From positions 12,510 to 76,509 of the forward strand of contig CAVVTE010000003.1 of NCBI GenBank assembly GCA_963751075.1: 64,000 nt of DNA. Reading direction: 5' to 3'. This stretch comes from an uncultured Chloroflexia bacterium. Lineage in GTDB: Bacteria > Chloroflexota > Chloroflexia > Thermomicrobiales > UBA6265. Numbering within the stretch: the stretch's first letter is position 1; each line of letters opens with the position of its first letter. The translations under genes were made by a program, and so were the position numbers. Of this stretch, positions 9,266 through 20,595 are shown piece by piece. The notes below the pieces were generated by a model. It made no database searches and was not told the DNA's origin. It worked only from the letters and a program-made list of their open reading frames with translations.

Positions 9266-11164
9266 CGTTCGCGCTACCTCTTCGCGGTGGAAGAACTCGA
9301 CCTGATCGCCGACCTGGAGATCGTTGAAATTATCCAGACCCAGACCACACTCGTAACCGGCCGCGACTTCCCGGACGTCGTCCTTGAAGCGCTTGAGGGA
9401 TTTCACCGTCCCCTCGTGGACCACGGTGCCACTGCGCAGCACGCGGGTGCGGCTGTTACGGCTGATCCGTCCATCGAGCACGTAGAGCCCAGCGACCATA
9501 TCGCCGCCTGGCAGCTTGAACGTCTCGCGCACTTCCGCGTAGCCATCAGTCACATCCTGGAAGACCGGCGCCAGGAGACCCGTCATGGCCGCCCGCACCT
9601 CGTCAAGCAGGTTGTAGATGATGTTGTAGAAGCGGATATCGACGCCAGACGCGTCGGCCGCCCGCTTCGCGGCCACATCGGGTCGCACATTGAAGCCGAT
9701 GATGATGGAGCGGGTCGCGGTGGCCAGGCTGACATCCGATTCGCCAATGGCGCCGGTGCCGGCGTACGTGATGCTGAGCTGGACGCCTTCCGGAACATCC
9801 TCATTCAGCTTCAGCAGCGCGGTCTGGATCGCTCCGAGCGATCCGGAGACATCCGCCTTCAGGATCACCCGCAACTCGGCGACGCCGCCCTCGCTGACCT
9901 CTCGCGAGAACTCGGTCAGCTTGAAGGAGCGGTCAGCCGAAAGCGATTCGGCGCGGCGCTCCGCGGTGCGGCGCTCGGCGACCTCGCGGGCCAGCTTCTC
10001 GTCGGTGAAGACCATGAACTGGTCTCCGGCCTGCGGCGCTTCCAGCAGCCCCAGAATCTCGACCGGCATGCTCGGCTCGGCGCGGCGAATCTTGCGGCCG
10101 CGGTCATCGAACATCGCTTTCACGCGCCCCCAGGTTCCACCCGCCACGACCACGTCGCGCGGGTTGAGGGTGCCGCTCTGTACCAGCAGGGTGGCGACCG
10201 GACCGCGGGTGCGGTCGATCCTGGCTTCCACCACCACGCCGGAGGCCGGTTTGAGGGGGTTGGCTTTCAGCTCATGGACGTCGGCGACGAGCTGGATGAC
10301 TTCCAGCAAGTCCTCGAGACCGAGCTTCGCCAGCGCGGAGACCTCCACGAAGGGAACGTCGCCGCCCCACTCCTCCGGCATTACCTCCATCTCGGAGAGC
10401 TGCTGCTTCACGCGGTCGGGGTTGGCGGCCGGCAGATCGATCTTGTTGATCGCCACCACCAGCGGCACCTGCGCGGACTTGATGTGCGCCACTGCCTCAC
10501 GCGTTGTGGGCATGACGCCGTCGTCGGCGGCGACCACCAGCACGGCAACATCTGTTGCCTGCGCCCCCCGGGCGCGCATGGCGGTGAACGCTTCATGGCC
10601 GGGGGTGTCGAGGAAGGTGATCTTGCGGCCCTGGGCATCAACCTGGTACGCGCCGATGTGCTGGGTGATGCCTCCGGCCTCGCCTTCCGCTACGTTGGCT
10701 GAGCGGATGGAGTCGAGCAGCTTGGTCTTGCCGTGGTCGACGTGTCCCATGATCGTGACGACCGGGGGACGTGTCCGGGCCTCCGGATCGAGCTCAGACT
10801 CCGAGCGGCGCGTCTCGAAGCTGTCCCCTTGCCCAGAGAGATCGGATTCCTCCGGGTTGGTCTCCCAGCCGAGCGCCTCCGCCACGCGCGCCGCGGTGGC
10901 ATAGTCGACCTGCTGGTTGATCGTGGCCATCATGCCGAGCTTCATCAGCTCCTTGATGACTTCGACGCCCGTGGTCTCCAGTCGCTCCGCCAACTCGCCC
11001 AGGGTAAGCACCGAGGGGAGCGTGACCGGTTCGCGCACGATCGGCCCGGTTCGGCGCAGGGCAACGGTGCGCGCGCCTCCACGTCCACCCTTCCCGCGTC
11101 CACCTTTCCCGCCCGGACGGCGAGATCCTCCTCCGGGGCGTCTTCCTTGATAAGTGCTTGCCAT
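9263..11164 (-). CDS. infB: Translation initiation factor IF-2
   Basis: [63 protein letters not shown]. Confidence 0.98.
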   Translation of the reverse strand: MASTYQGRRPGGGSRRPGGKGGRGKGGRGGARTVALRRTGPIVREPVTLPSVLTLGELAERLETTGVEVIKELMKLGMMATINQQVDYATAARVAEALGWETNPEESDLSGQGDSFETRRSESELDPEARTRPPVVTIMGHVDHGKTKLLDSIRSANVAEGEAGGITQHIGAYQVDAQGRKITFLDTPGHEAFTAMRARGAQATDVAVLVVAADDGVMPTTREAVAHIKSAQVPLVVAINKIDLPAANPDRVKQQLSEMEVMPEEWGGDVPFVEVSALAKLGLEDLLEVIQLVADVHELKANPLKPASGVVVEARIDRTRGPVATLLVQSGTLNPRDVVVAGGTWGRVKAMFDDRGRKIRRAEPSMPVEILGLLEAPQAGDQFMVFTDEKLAREVAERRTAERRAESLSADRSFKLTEFSREVSEGGVAELRVILKADVSGSLGAIQTALLKLNEDVPEGVQLSITYAGTGAIGESDVSLATATRSIIIGFNVRPDVAAKRAADASGVDIRFYNIIYNLLDEVRAAMTGLLAPVFQDVTDGYAEVRETFKLPGGDMVAGLYVLDGRISRNSRTRVLRSGTVVHEGTVKSLKRFKDDVREVAAGYECGLGLDNFNDLQVGDQVEFFHREEVART

Positions 11165-11550
11165 TAGCGATTTCCTCCTTCTGCCTGGGCAAATGTCGAC
11201 GCCGCGCCCGTGGCCGTGGCTGACTCCAGCGGGAGCGTGGCGGCGTAGCTGCGCAACGTCTCTAAAGTTTCCGTGTCAATCTCCACATTCAATGCGCGTG
11301 CCAATAAGCCCGAGCCAAGCACTTTCTCCCAGCAGGCTCCCTGCCCGCAAAGGTACGCGCCCCGCCCATTGCGCCGCCCGGTGGGATCCGGTTCCACCTG
11401 CCCCTCCGGGGTGCGCACGATGCGATACAGCCCCCGTTTGGCATCATGCCCTCGGCAGGCAATACACATCCGTTGCGGGACGTGCTTCGGCCGAGGCCCT
11501 TTGCGCTTACGCGCAGGGGGTGAAGGGGAGGGCGATTCGCGCAACGCCAC
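11164..11550 (-). CDS. ylxR: YlxR/DUF448 family RNA-binding protein
   Basis: PQRMCIACR...KR.L.RIVR, GRGAYLC...C; located between nusA and infB. Confidence 0.92.
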   Translation of the reverse strand: MALRESPSPSPPARKRKGPRPKHVPQRMCIACRGHDAKRGLYRIVRTPEGQVEPDPTGRRNGRGAYLCGQGACWEKVLGSGLLARALNVEIDTETLETLRSYAATLPLESATATGAASTFAQAEGGNR

Positions 11551-11553
11551 CCT

Positions 11554-12894
11554 TTACACTCCCTCGGCCGCCGCGGCAACCGCCACCGGCTCGTCCTCGA
11601 GCGACAGTGGCGCGCCGCTCTCGAAATCGAAGCGGTGCCGCAGGTCGCGGTTGTAGAAAACTTCCAGCGCGGTTCCGGCCAGATCGACGTCGACACTCAT
11701 GCCCACCAGGTCGGGAGACAGCGGTCCAAACGTCTTATCGCGCACCGAAATGGTGCCGTCGGCGCGGACCAGGCGGGGCTGGCGTCCCTGCCAGGAGAAG
11801 TCGTCGCTCTGGGAGTCGGCCATCGCTGCCCGCGCCTGTCGCAGCAGCTCTTCGTCCATCTCCTGCAGCGCCGCCGGGTCTTTGATATCGATCCGCCAGC
11901 CGGTGAGCTTGTACGCCAGGCGGGCGTTCTGGCCCTCCTTGCCGATCGCCAGCGACATCTGGTCGGTCGGCACGATGACCGTGGCGACCTTGTTCGGCTC
12001 GTCCAGAGTGACCGATGACGGCTTGGCCGGCGACAGGGCATTGGCGATGAACTGCGCCGTGTCGGGCGACCACTCGATGACGTCGATCTTCTCTCCGTAG
12101 AGCTCATTGACGATGTTCTGGATGCGGACGCCGCGCACACCGACACAGGCGCCGACGGGGTCGACCTTCTCCTGCCGCGCGGCGACGGCGACCTTGGAGC
12201 GGAGACCCGGCTCCCGGGCGACCTCCATGATCTCGACCGCGCCGGAGAAGATCTCCGGAACTTCCTGCTCGAACAACCGGCGAATGAGCCCCGGGTGGGA
12301 GCGGGAGACAATCAGCTGCGGACCGCGCTGATCCTTGTTTACCTCGACCAGGAGCACCTTGACCCGCTGACCGGGCCGATAGCGCTCATTCGGGACCTGC
12401 TCCCGGGACGGCATCACCGCCTCGGCTTTCCCCAATTCGACGATGACCGCCCGCGGGTCAGCACGCTGGACGACGCCATTCAGCACCTCGCCCTGCTTGT
12501 CGTGGAAGTCTTCGTAGACCGAGTCGCGCTCGTAGTCCCGAATACGCTGCAGGACGACCTGCTTCACCGTTTGGGCGGCGATGCGGCCGAAGTTCTCCGG
12601 AGTGCGCTCGATGCGGATCTCATCGCCCACTCGCGGGCTGGCCGAGTATGTCATGGCCTCAGCCAGCGAGATCTGGCTCAGAGGGTCGTCGATCTCGTCG
12701 ACCACCGCCTTGACGGCGAAGATGCGCATGGCGCCGGTGGTCTGGTCGATATCGACGGAGACCTCCTCCTCGGTGTTCGCCATCTTCTTGTAGACGCTCT
12801 TCAGCGCGTGCTCGACCGACGAGAGCACCGCCTCTTTGGGGATCCCCCGTTCGGCGGCGATCTGGGCGATTGCCGTATAGAAGTCGCTCTTCAT
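11554..12894 (-). CDS. nusA: Transcription termination/antitermination factor NusA
   Basis: [57 protein letters not shown]; AAAGGAG SD before ATG 12894. Confidence 0.97.
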   Translation of the reverse strand: MKSDFYTAIAQIAAERGIPKEAVLSSVEHALKSVYKKMANTEEEVSVDIDQTTGAMRIFAVKAVVDEIDDPLSQISLAEAMTYSASPRVGDEIRIERTPENFGRIAAQTVKQVVLQRIRDYERDSVYEDFHDKQGEVLNGVVQRADPRAVIVELGKAEAVMPSREQVPNERYRPGQRVKVLLVEVNKDQRGPQLIVSRSHPGLIRRLFEQEVPEIFSGAVEIMEVAREPGLRSKVAVAARQEKVDPVGACVGVRGVRIQNIVNELYGEKIDVIEWSPDTAQFIANALSPAKPSSVTLDEPNKVATVIVPTDQMSLAIGKEGQNARLAYKLTGWRIDIKDPAALQEMDEELLRQARAAMADSQSDDFSWQGRQPRLVRADGTISVRDKTFGPLSPDLVGMSVDVDLAGTALEVFYNRDLRHRFDFESGAPLSLEDEPVAVAAAAEGV

Positions 12895-13082
12895 GCCCGC
12901 GATGCTCCTTTCCTGGGGCCACGGCGGATGGGCGGCCCGGTGGCGGAATGGCACGCCGCAACGTCGCGGCGCCGGAGCGCCTGGTGGGCGCAGTTGACAG
13001 GGACAACAGTGGGGAATGTGATCTGGCCCCTGGCCCAGGGCGCTGGAACAGCCACCCTGCGGCCGTATGGCGGCCTTTGAAC

Positions 13083-13147
13083 ACAAAAGAACGCGGGGTT
13101 TGGTCCCACGTTCCGCGGAAGGCTTGGTTCCAAGGAAAATGATAGCA
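13083..13147 (-). promoter_or_regulatory. Operon promoter (extended -10) plus a rimP-leader-like attenuator hairpin
   Basis: Minus strand TG-C-TATCAT (13147-13139), then GAACGTGGG-ACCAAAC-CCCGCGTTC-TTTTGT. Confidence 0.6.
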
Positions 13148-13492
13148 CCGAGACACTCTTACGACAACCTGTTCGGTGCCAAATCCGAGGGTCTTCAGCG
13201 TTCTTTGAGACCGCAAGCCCAGCGTCCCGCCTGTGTATCCCCGGGGACCTCGCTCGCGCGCCTATGCGCGCAATCGTCTCGGACAGTCGGAAAGAGAGAG
13301 CCCAACCACAACATGCCAAATATGCTGGGAGGAGGAATGAACGAAAACGGTGGTTCTTCACCCGCGACCTCGTACGCCAACCATCTTCCATATTACGTCG
13401 GCAATGCGCGCTAGATTGTCACGTTTGATCCCACACACGGCAGGGCCAATACTGCCCGGGGCCCGGCCAACGATATTTCGAACGAAGCTCGT

Positions 13493-14548
13493 TCAGACCG
13501 TCGTGGTCGGCATCGCCTCGTCGGATGTGCCATCCGGCGTAGAGGCGGCACCAGAGGGATCGTCCTCGGGCGGTTTGGGCTTCGGCGCCAAAGGGTCCAT
13601 GCCCGGCTCCCAGATCGCCTCACCCTCGGCGACCGGCTCGACGGTGATGCCGAGTCGCTCCAGGAGATCGGCGGCCCAGATGGCACGCCAAGGACGGGGA
13701 TTCACGGGCTGGTGCGGCGCATGGGAGTCAGAGCCGATCGAGACGAGGAGTCCCTTTTCGGCGGCGAGTTGGCGGTAGAGCGCCGTCTGGTCGTCGGTGT
13801 GGGAGCGATAGTGTGCCTCCAGCCCGTCGATCGGCACCTCGGCCAGCACGCGATCGAGGTCCTCCGGCAAGAGCGCGCCGACCGAATCGGAGCGTCCGGG
13901 GTGGGCGACGACAGTGATGCCGCCCGCCTGGTGCGCGGCGTCGACGACACGCTCCAGCGGCTCATCGGCGCTGAACCCGCCACCGAGTCCCGAGACGAAC
14001 TCAGCCGCCTCTTTCAAGTTCTTGACATGTCCCTCGCGAATCGCGGCCATCAGGACGTGATAGGGCCAGAGCGGCCGGCCGCCGGCAATCTCCTCGAGAC
14101 AGGGGAGTGGCTTCCCTTCCGCTTCGATCCGTCGCCGCGCGTCTTCGGCCAGGGTCATGAGTTGGGCGTCGAGATCGGCCAGCACGGAGCGGAAGGCGCG
14201 CGCTTCGGCATCGGCCCGGTTCGGTTGAATGCCGTAGACCAGTACATGCCACTGACGACCGCTCCAGCGGCTGGTGATCTCAACCGCGGGAATGATGCGG
14301 ATGCCGCGTCGGGCCGCCCGGCGCGTCACTTCCGGCACGGAGCGCTGGGTGTCGTGGTCGGCAACCGCCGCGACACGGAACCCGCCACCCGCCAGGTGAT
14401 CGACGAGAGCGGCGGGCGTCCAGGCGCCGTCGGAGGCATGGGTGTGCAGGTGGAGATCGATCGGGTCTGCCGGCCCCAGGGTGAGCGGCTCGGGTGGGGC
14501 GGCCGCGGCGGTAATCTCGTGGGCGGGAGTGCTTGGCGGGTCTGCCAG
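13493..14548 (-). CDS. PHP-domain metal-dependent phosphoesterase
   Basis: In-frame upstream extension gives IDLHLHTHASDG, ADHDT, VEIT, HVL, AHPGR, GSDSH; AGGAGG precedes CTG at 14548. Confidence 0.88.
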   Translation of the reverse strand: MADPPSTPAHEITAAAAPPEPLTLGPADPIDLHLHTHASDGAWTPAALVDHLAGGGFRVAAVADHDTQRSVPEVTRRAARRGIRIIPAVEITSRWSGRQWHVLVYGIQPNRADAEARAFRSVLADLDAQLMTLAEDARRRIEAEGKPLPCLEEIAGGRPLWPYHVLMAAIREGHVKNLKEAAEFVSGLGGGFSADEPLERVVDAAHQAGGITVVAHPGRSDSVGALLPEDLDRVLAEVPIDGLEAHYRSHTDDQTALYRQLAAEKGLLVSIGSDSHAPHQPVNPRPWRAIWAADLLERLGITVEPVAEGEAIWEPGMDPLAPKPKPPEDDPSGAASTPDGTSDEAMPTTTV

Positions 14549-14752
14549 GGCGGGTCCTCCTGAACGCGCTGGTTAGCGCGACGGCTCATGCTGCCGAGCA
14601 GTCTAAATGAAATCATCTCTTCGGTTATGCGCCTGGATCCACGGCGGCCGCGCGACCCGGGCTGACACAGTGTCACGGCCAGACTGGCCAGCCCCGCGGC
14701 GGCAGCACAGGTGTAGGGCAGGAGGAGCGGAGCAGTGACGCAGGTGTCTCGT

Positions 14753-16108
14753 TCAGGCCTTCGCGCCCTCTTCCTCTCGCACCGTCCGACTCATCGCGCC
14801 GAGGAGTGCGGTCACCGCCATAGCCCCGCCGGCGGCGAGGAAGAGCCGCTCCAAGCCGCCGGCAACAAGTATTCCGGTCAGGGCGTAGGAGACGGGATCG
14901 AGCGCGACGGCGGCGAAGACGACCAGACTCATCACCCGTCCGAGCAGCTCCGGCGTCGCTCGCTCCTGCAACCAGGAGATGAGTGCCACCCCGAGGTAGC
15001 CGGCGGCCGCTCCCATCACCGCCGCGACGATCGACCCCACTACGAGCGTGGGAGCAAAACCGAACGCTGCCAGTCCGGTGGCAAAGAGCATCGTGACCAG
15101 GAGGAGAGCGAGTCCACGCCGGCGCGGGCGGGGCAACGATCCAGCGGCGGCGAGTCCGAGCAGGGAACCGGCGCCGAAGGCAGAGTAGATGACGCCCAGC
15201 GCGCCCGGACCGCCAAAGCGCTCCGTGGCCAGCACGGCGCTGCCGACCACGATTGGCCCCGCGGCGGCGGTGTTCAACGCCGCCACGATCAACAGCAGGA
15301 TGCGAATCACGGGATCACTCCAGGCGAAGCGCACCCCCGCCAGAATGGCCGCCAGTCCGGCATCGTCACGAGCCGCATCCGAGCCGGCGCGGACCCGGCG
15401 CGACGCTGTCGCCAGGCTGAGGAACGCGGCCGCGGCGAGGGCGAAGACCAGAGCCGTCGCGCCGAAGGTAACGCCCAGTCCGACGGAGGCGGTCAACCCG
15501 GCAGCCAGCGCGGGACCAACCGTGCCGCTCACTTGCTCCACACCCTGGACCAGGGCATTCGCCGGTTCGAGCTGATCACCTTCGATCAAGGCCGGCACGG
15601 CCGACATCGAGGCCGGGTAATAGAAAGCGTCGAGGCCGCTGAGGAGGCCGCCGAGCAGATAGAGGTGCCAAAGGGTGACGTCACCGAAGAGAACAAGCCC
15701 GGCCAGTGCGGCCATCAGCGAGGCGCGCCCGGCGCTGGTCACGGTCATGATCAGCGCGGGTGGGAAGCGGTCGCTCAGCCAGCCCCCTACGGGGAGGAGA
15801 ATCGCACCGGGAATGGCAGCCACGGCCAGCACCGAGCCGAGCCGAGCGCCGGGACCAGCCACCTGGAGCACGAGGAAGGTGAGGGTGACGAAGAAGATCT
15901 GGTCGGCCAGGAGGGATGCGGCGGCGCCGGTCCAGAGCCGCCGAAAGAGGGGCAAGTGGAGCGGGCGCCAGAGAGGGAGTTGCCGAAATCGGGTGAACGG
16001 GCCGCCTCGCCTCGCAGCCGCCGGGGACGGAACACTCACCGCAACCGGCGATCGATGTGAATGAACGTTCGTTCCGTTTCGCGGGCGGGAGGTTGTTTGT
16101 TTGATCAT
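14753..16108 (-). CDS. MFS transporter (DHA3/MFS_3-like); true start probably near 16045
   Basis: FRRLW.G, GG.LSDRF, ~12 TM segments, LLGRVMS. Confidence 0.88.
   Translation of the reverse strand: MIKQTTSRPRNGTNVHSHRSPVAVSVPSPAAARRGGPFTRFRQLPLWRPLHLPLFRRLWTGAAASLLADQIFFVTLTFLVLQVAGPGARLGSVLAVAAIPGAILLPVGGWLSDRFPPALIMTVTSAGRASLMAALAGLVLFGDVTLWHLYLLGGLLSGLDAFYYPASMSAVPALIEGDQLEPANALVQGVEQVSGTVGPALAAGLTASVGLGVTFGATALVFALAAAAFLSLATASRRVRAGSDAARDDAGLAAILAGVRFAWSDPVIRILLLIVAALNTAAAGPIVVGSAVLATERFGGPGALGVIYSAFGAGSLLGLAAAGSLPRPRRRGLALLLVTMLFATGLAAFGFAPTLVVGSIVAAVMGAAAGYLGVALISWLQERATPELLGRVMSLVVFAAVALDPVSYALTGILVAGGLERLFLAAGGAMAVTALLGAMSRTVREEEGAKA
16059..16074. promoter_or_regulatory. Putative TetR operator upstream of the MFS gene
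   Basis: GAATGAACGTTCGTTC, near match to the palindrome at 16775. Confidence 0.65.
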
Positions 16109-16132
16109 TCCATCCGTTCCTGACCGTGGGTT

Positions 16133-16753
16133 CTATCGAGTCGGCGCCAGAGAATGCTCGGTCGCCTCGGGCCGGAGGAGGGTAGCGATCACCGTCTTCA
16201 CGGCCGGTGCGTAGCGGGAAAGTTCGATCTCTGGCACGAGCGCCTTGCGGGTAATGACGCCATCAATCACCGCAGAGATCATCTCGGCGGTGAGGTGCGG
16301 CTCGATCGTGGAGGAAATTTCGCCCCGCTCCTGACCACGGCGGAGCAGATCGGCGAGGGCGCCCGTGACGCTCTGGTCGTGGCGGCGCACGATCGCCGCG
16401 ATGCGCGGGTTGCGTGCTGCTTCCGCCCCGACCTCGAGGTAGACCGCTGCTGCCGCCGGGTCGTCGACCGCCGCAAGGGCCTCGTCGACCGCGCGGCCAA
16501 TCGCCGTCGGGATATCGCTGGTGCGGCCAATGAATGTGATCAATTCCAGACTCTCGGCGCGGTCTTGCTCGACCAACGCTTCGATGAGGTCGTCTTTGGA
16601 GCGGAAATAGCGGTAGACCGTTCCGGGGCTGAGTTTGGCTTCGGCGCAGATCTCAGGCATCGTCGCGCCGTGGAAGCCGCGGCGGGCGAAACAAACCGCC
16701 GCCGCAGCCAGAATCTGCCGTTTCCGTTCTTCCGCAATCTCTGTTTCAGGCAC
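16133..16753 (-). CDS. TetR/AcrR family transcriptional regulator
   Basis: RKRQIL.AA..CFARRGFHGATMPEIC.EA.LSPGTVYRYFRSKDDL. Confidence 0.93.
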   Translation of the reverse strand: MPETEIAEERKRQILAAAAVCFARRGFHGATMPEICAEAKLSPGTVYRYFRSKDDLIEALVEQDRAESLELITFIGRTSDIPTAIGRAVDEALAAVDDPAAAAVYLEVGAEAARNPRIAAIVRRHDQSVTGALADLLRRGQERGEISSTIEPHLTAEMISAVIDGVITRKALVPEIELSRYAPAVKTVIATLLRPEATEHSLAPTR

Positions 16754-16774
16754 CGCTTTCCACCGCCATCTTAT

Positions 16775-16790
16775 GAATGAATGTTCATTC
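16775..16790. promoter_or_regulatory. Putative TetR autoregulatory operator
   Basis: Palindrome GAATGAA-TG-TTCATTC immediately upstream of tetR. Confidence 0.7.
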
Positions 16791-17065
16791 GCATCTTACC
16801 CTGAGCGAGCGCCGCGGTCAATCCCGCTGAGACTATCAGTCGTGCAGGGACGAGCAGGGCACGGTATCTCCGTGGAGTCTGCGCTCGCCGTCCGCGAGTT
16901 GACAATCACCATCGCGCCGCCACTTCGCCCTGGAGTCTGACGTTAAATATGGCCCCAGCGTGAACATCGCCGCGAGCGAGGAGGCGCGAATGAGCGCCTT
17001 ATCCGCCCCTTGACCACTGTCAACACCGGACACCGCCACCTCCGGGGAGGAGGCTCTCAGCCGGA

Positions 17066-18162
17066 TCAGGAGACGAGCGACACCTCGACCGACTGGATAC
17101 GAGAGAGCCCCTCGGCAATCACATTCCAGTGCTCGCCACCATCAGTCGAAGCAAAGAGGGTTCCCGCGGTGGTGCCGAAGTAGACCCCGGCTGGCTCGAG
17201 CATGTCCGCGGCCATCCCCTCGCGCAGCACGTTGTGCTTCCCCGTGGGCAGACCGTTGACCGACGGCGTCCAGGTCGCGCCGCCGTCGTCCGTCCGCCAG
17301 ACCCGCAACGCGTCGTCGGTACGAATCGTCTCCCCGTTCTCCGGAATCACCCAGACGCTACTTCCGGCCGGACCTGTTCCAGGGGCCGCGGCGACGGGAA
17401 AACCAAACGGTGACGGCAAACCAGATCCGATATCTGTCCAGTTACGCCCACCGTCATCGGAGCGATAGACGCCGTCGTGTTGCTGCATGAAGAGCCGCTC
17501 AGGGTTGGTGGGATCGAGCACGACTTTATGCACGCAGCGGTGAACGCCGGGATGCTCCACCTTACCGCCAAAGAACTCCGTGGCGACATACTCCGCCATC
17601 GACGACGTTCCCTCGTTGGCGGGGGTCCAAGTCTCACCGTCATCGTCGGAGCGGAAGAACCCGGCAACCGAGATCCCGGCGTAGACACGACCTGGCTGCC
17701 CCTCGGGGAGGATGACGGTGTGCATGCAGAGCCCGCCGCCACCCGGCCACCATTCCGGGCGCGAGGGGTGGGCGTTCAGCCCGGTTACGTCCTGCCACGT
17801 CTGACCGCGGTCATCGGAACGGAGAAGCGCGGCGGGCATGACTCCAGCCCAGACGCGGCCGTTCTCATCCGAACGACCAGGGCGTACGTGCCAGGCTCGC
17901 TCGCACTCAGGCAGATCGCCGCACCGCGACCACGTTTCGCCCTCATCCTCTGAATGGAAGATGGCCGGCAAGCCATCCCTGGGATTGGCCGCCGCCCAGA
18001 GCGTGCCCCGCCTGTCGCGAACGACATGGCAAACATCGTGGCGCTGATCAGCGATGGACCCGACACGCGCCATTCCCCGCGCTCGCCATCCGAGCGGAGG
18101 AGATAGATGCCATCTTTCGTTCCGGCATGAATGAGGACTTCGACCGCCGTCGCCTGTACCAT
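17066..18162 (-). CDS. BNR/Asp-box beta-propeller protein (sialidase-like; frameshifts near 5' end)
   Basis: Repeated SxDxGxTW boxes; W.PGGGGLC.H, CVHKV, Q.H.GVYRSDD, FGFP; N-terminal GTKDG.YLL in an adjacent frame. Confidence 0.85.
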
Positions 18163-18319
18163 GACATACGTCTCCCGGCATTCGTCTGACTTCAACCGAT
18201 CACGGGGGTGTACGTACACTCTAGAACATTCGTGCCGAAATGGCAACAGCCAGCCGTGAGATCGAGATGCAAGCGGGTACAGATCGATGTGGATAACCGC
18301 CTGCGGCATCGGGCAAGGC

Positions 18320-19302
18320 TTCGCTTCGAGCCAGTTGGGATAAGACCAGGAATCACGTCACTGCACCGACTCACCATCGAGAAACCGGCAAATATTGGCT
18401 GCGGACCGTTCCACCATACGTCGACACTGCCACGACTACCGCCGCCGAGATGCGCGGTCACGAATCACTCTGGCAGGTCGGCAAAGGGGTTGCGGCCATC
18501 GGTTTCGTGCTCGAGCACGTCCAACGCTGCCCCCCGCAGGTGGCCCTCGCACGATGGCTCGTCGCAACGCCGCTTCGTCGACGAGACCGCCACGAGCGGT
18601 ATTGACGAGATACGACCCCTTGGGCATCATCGCGAGTTCTGCATCACTCACAAGGTGATATGTCTCTGTCGTCAGTGGTAGGTGGATGCTGACGATGGCT
18701 GACTCCCTCAACAGCTCCGTCAGTGGCAACCAAGTGGCGCCGAGTCGCGTCTCCTCGGCAGGCGGCCGGCGTCGCCGCGTTGAGTAGACGATTCGGGAAC
18801 CAAACGGGATTAGGCGCTCAGCGACGGCCGTCCCGATATCACCCATCCCGATCAGCCCCACGGTGGCGCCTGCGAGATCATCAATTCCTGCGCCAATCAA
18901 CTCGCCGGTCGCGAACTGCCCAGCGCGGCTCGATCGCTCGCTCCATGGCAGCCGCTTGACCAGAGCGAGCATCAGCATCAACGTCTGCTCGGCAACTCCG
19001 GTGGCGTTCACTCCAGGGTTATAGGCGACTGTGATTCCAGAAGCAGCAACCGCCGCGACATCGACCGTGTCACAGCCGATGCCAATCAACTGGATGAAGC
19101 GGACCCGAGGCGCCATTGCCAACGTGGGTGCGTCGATCTGACGTCTCGCGTTGACCAGGATGTCCGCGTCGGCGGCCAACCGCGCGAACTCTTCATCCGT
19201 GAAGCTCGAAGTGACCGCGGTTTCAACTGATGCGGGGAGGAGTTTGCGGAAAGGTTCAACTGTTGCCGCCAAGGCTGGGTCAATCAGCAGAACCTTAGGC
19301 AC
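18320..19302 (-). CDS. D-2-hydroxyacid dehydrogenase (frameshifted near 3' end; stop approximate)
   Basis: VGLIGMGDIG, HLPLT.ET, VNTARGGLVDE.AL, then AALDV and TAHLGG in shifted frames. Confidence 0.85.
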
Positions 19303-19377
19303 GGACCGCTCCTCGTACAGCAGTGGCACGAGTGATCAGAATCACCGTAATGGCGGTTCAACTTTACTACGCTACTC

Positions 19378-20160
19378 CTACTCCGGTGAAAGATCCTTTG
19401 CCATGCGGAACAGCCCGGCGGTGAGCCCGCCGTCGACCGGCAGCACGACCCCGGTGATCCACGACGCTGCGTCCGAAACCAGGAAGAGCACGGCCTGGGC
19501 GACGTCATCCGGATGGCCGACCCGCCCCAGGGGGTACCAGGCGGCCAACTCCTGCATCACGTTAGGGTTGACCGCTTTGCGCTCGTTCCAGATCGGGGTG
19601 TCGATCGTGCCGGGAGCGATGCAATTGGCGCGGACGTTGAACTCGCCATAGCGGATGGCAGTGTTCTGGGTGAGGTTGACCATCCCGGCCTTGGCCGCGG
19701 AGTACGCCTCCTCACCCAGACCCATCAACCCGTTGACGGAGGCGATATTGACGATCGCCCCCTTCCGCCTGGCGATCATGCCCGGCAGCGCCGCCTTCGT
19801 GCAGAGGAACGCGCTCTTGAGAACGATGTCGAAATTGCGGTCCCAGATGTCGGGCTCGATCGTACGCAGATCGTTGCCGAGCGATGCGCCGGCGTTGTTG
19901 ACGAGGATATCGACCGGGGCGAAGACCTCCTCGGCGCGGGCGAAGATATGCGCGACACCCTCAGGAGTCGCGACGTCGGCCTCGACCGCCATCGCCGTTC
20001 CCCCGGCATCGTCGATCTCCTTCGCCACGGACTCCGCACGGTCGCCGTACAGGTCGGCGACGACGACGCGCGAACCTTCCCGGGCGAAGAGCTCGGCGGT
20101 GGCGCGGCCGATGCCGGAGCCACCACCCGTGACCACCGAAACCGTGTTGGCGAGGAGCAC
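19378..20160 (-). CDS. SDR family oxidoreductase
   Basis: TGGGSGIG, NNAG, YSAAK, N.IAPG.IDT; AAGGAGG SD. Confidence 0.93.
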   Translation of the reverse strand: MLLANTVSVVTGGGSGIGRATAELFAREGSRVVVADLYGDRAESVAKEIDDAGGTAMAVEADVATPEGVAHIFARAEEVFAPVDILVNNAGASLGNDLRTIEPDIWDRNFDIVLKSAFLCTKAALPGMIARRKGAIVNIASVNGLMGLGEEAYSAAKAGMVNLTQNTAIRYGEFNVRANCIAPGTIDTPIWNERKAVNPNVMQELAAWYPLGRVGHPDDVAQAVLFLVSDAASWITGVVLPVDGGLTAGLFRMAKDLSPE

Positions 20161-20595
20161 GACGAACCTCCTTGGTGAGAGTGACTGGGTGACCATATTC
20201 TCCACGATACGGACGGCGTGGAGGGAGCTGGCATGTGTTAAGCAGGTGGCGCGTGCTCCGCTCGGACAACCAGTGCTCCTCGACTTCCGCTCTTCTTTTC
20301 GACTCCTCGACTGGCCCGATGTGACCACCCGAGGTATTGCGCACAGAGGCGTCGTTCCTTAGAGTGCGGGGGTGCCAATCACGACGCGCCATGGCCCTCG
20401 CTAAGGAGTTATCGCATGCCTCGCTCGACGACCCTCCGCACCGTTGCCGCCGCGATCAGCAACACAACGGCGCGGGGCGGAGGCAACACCCGCAGGATGA
20501 CAGGTGTCGGATGTCAAGGAGTCGAGAAGATCTCGGCAAGATGGTAAGGACGAGCAGACGCCGATAGTCAACACCCAACACCCAGCGGAGGCAGT

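Noticed and set aside
16836-17039. MoaD/ThiS partner expected after the BNR-repeat gene
   Set aside because: The 67-aa ORF lacks the ubiquitin-like pattern and the C-terminal GG
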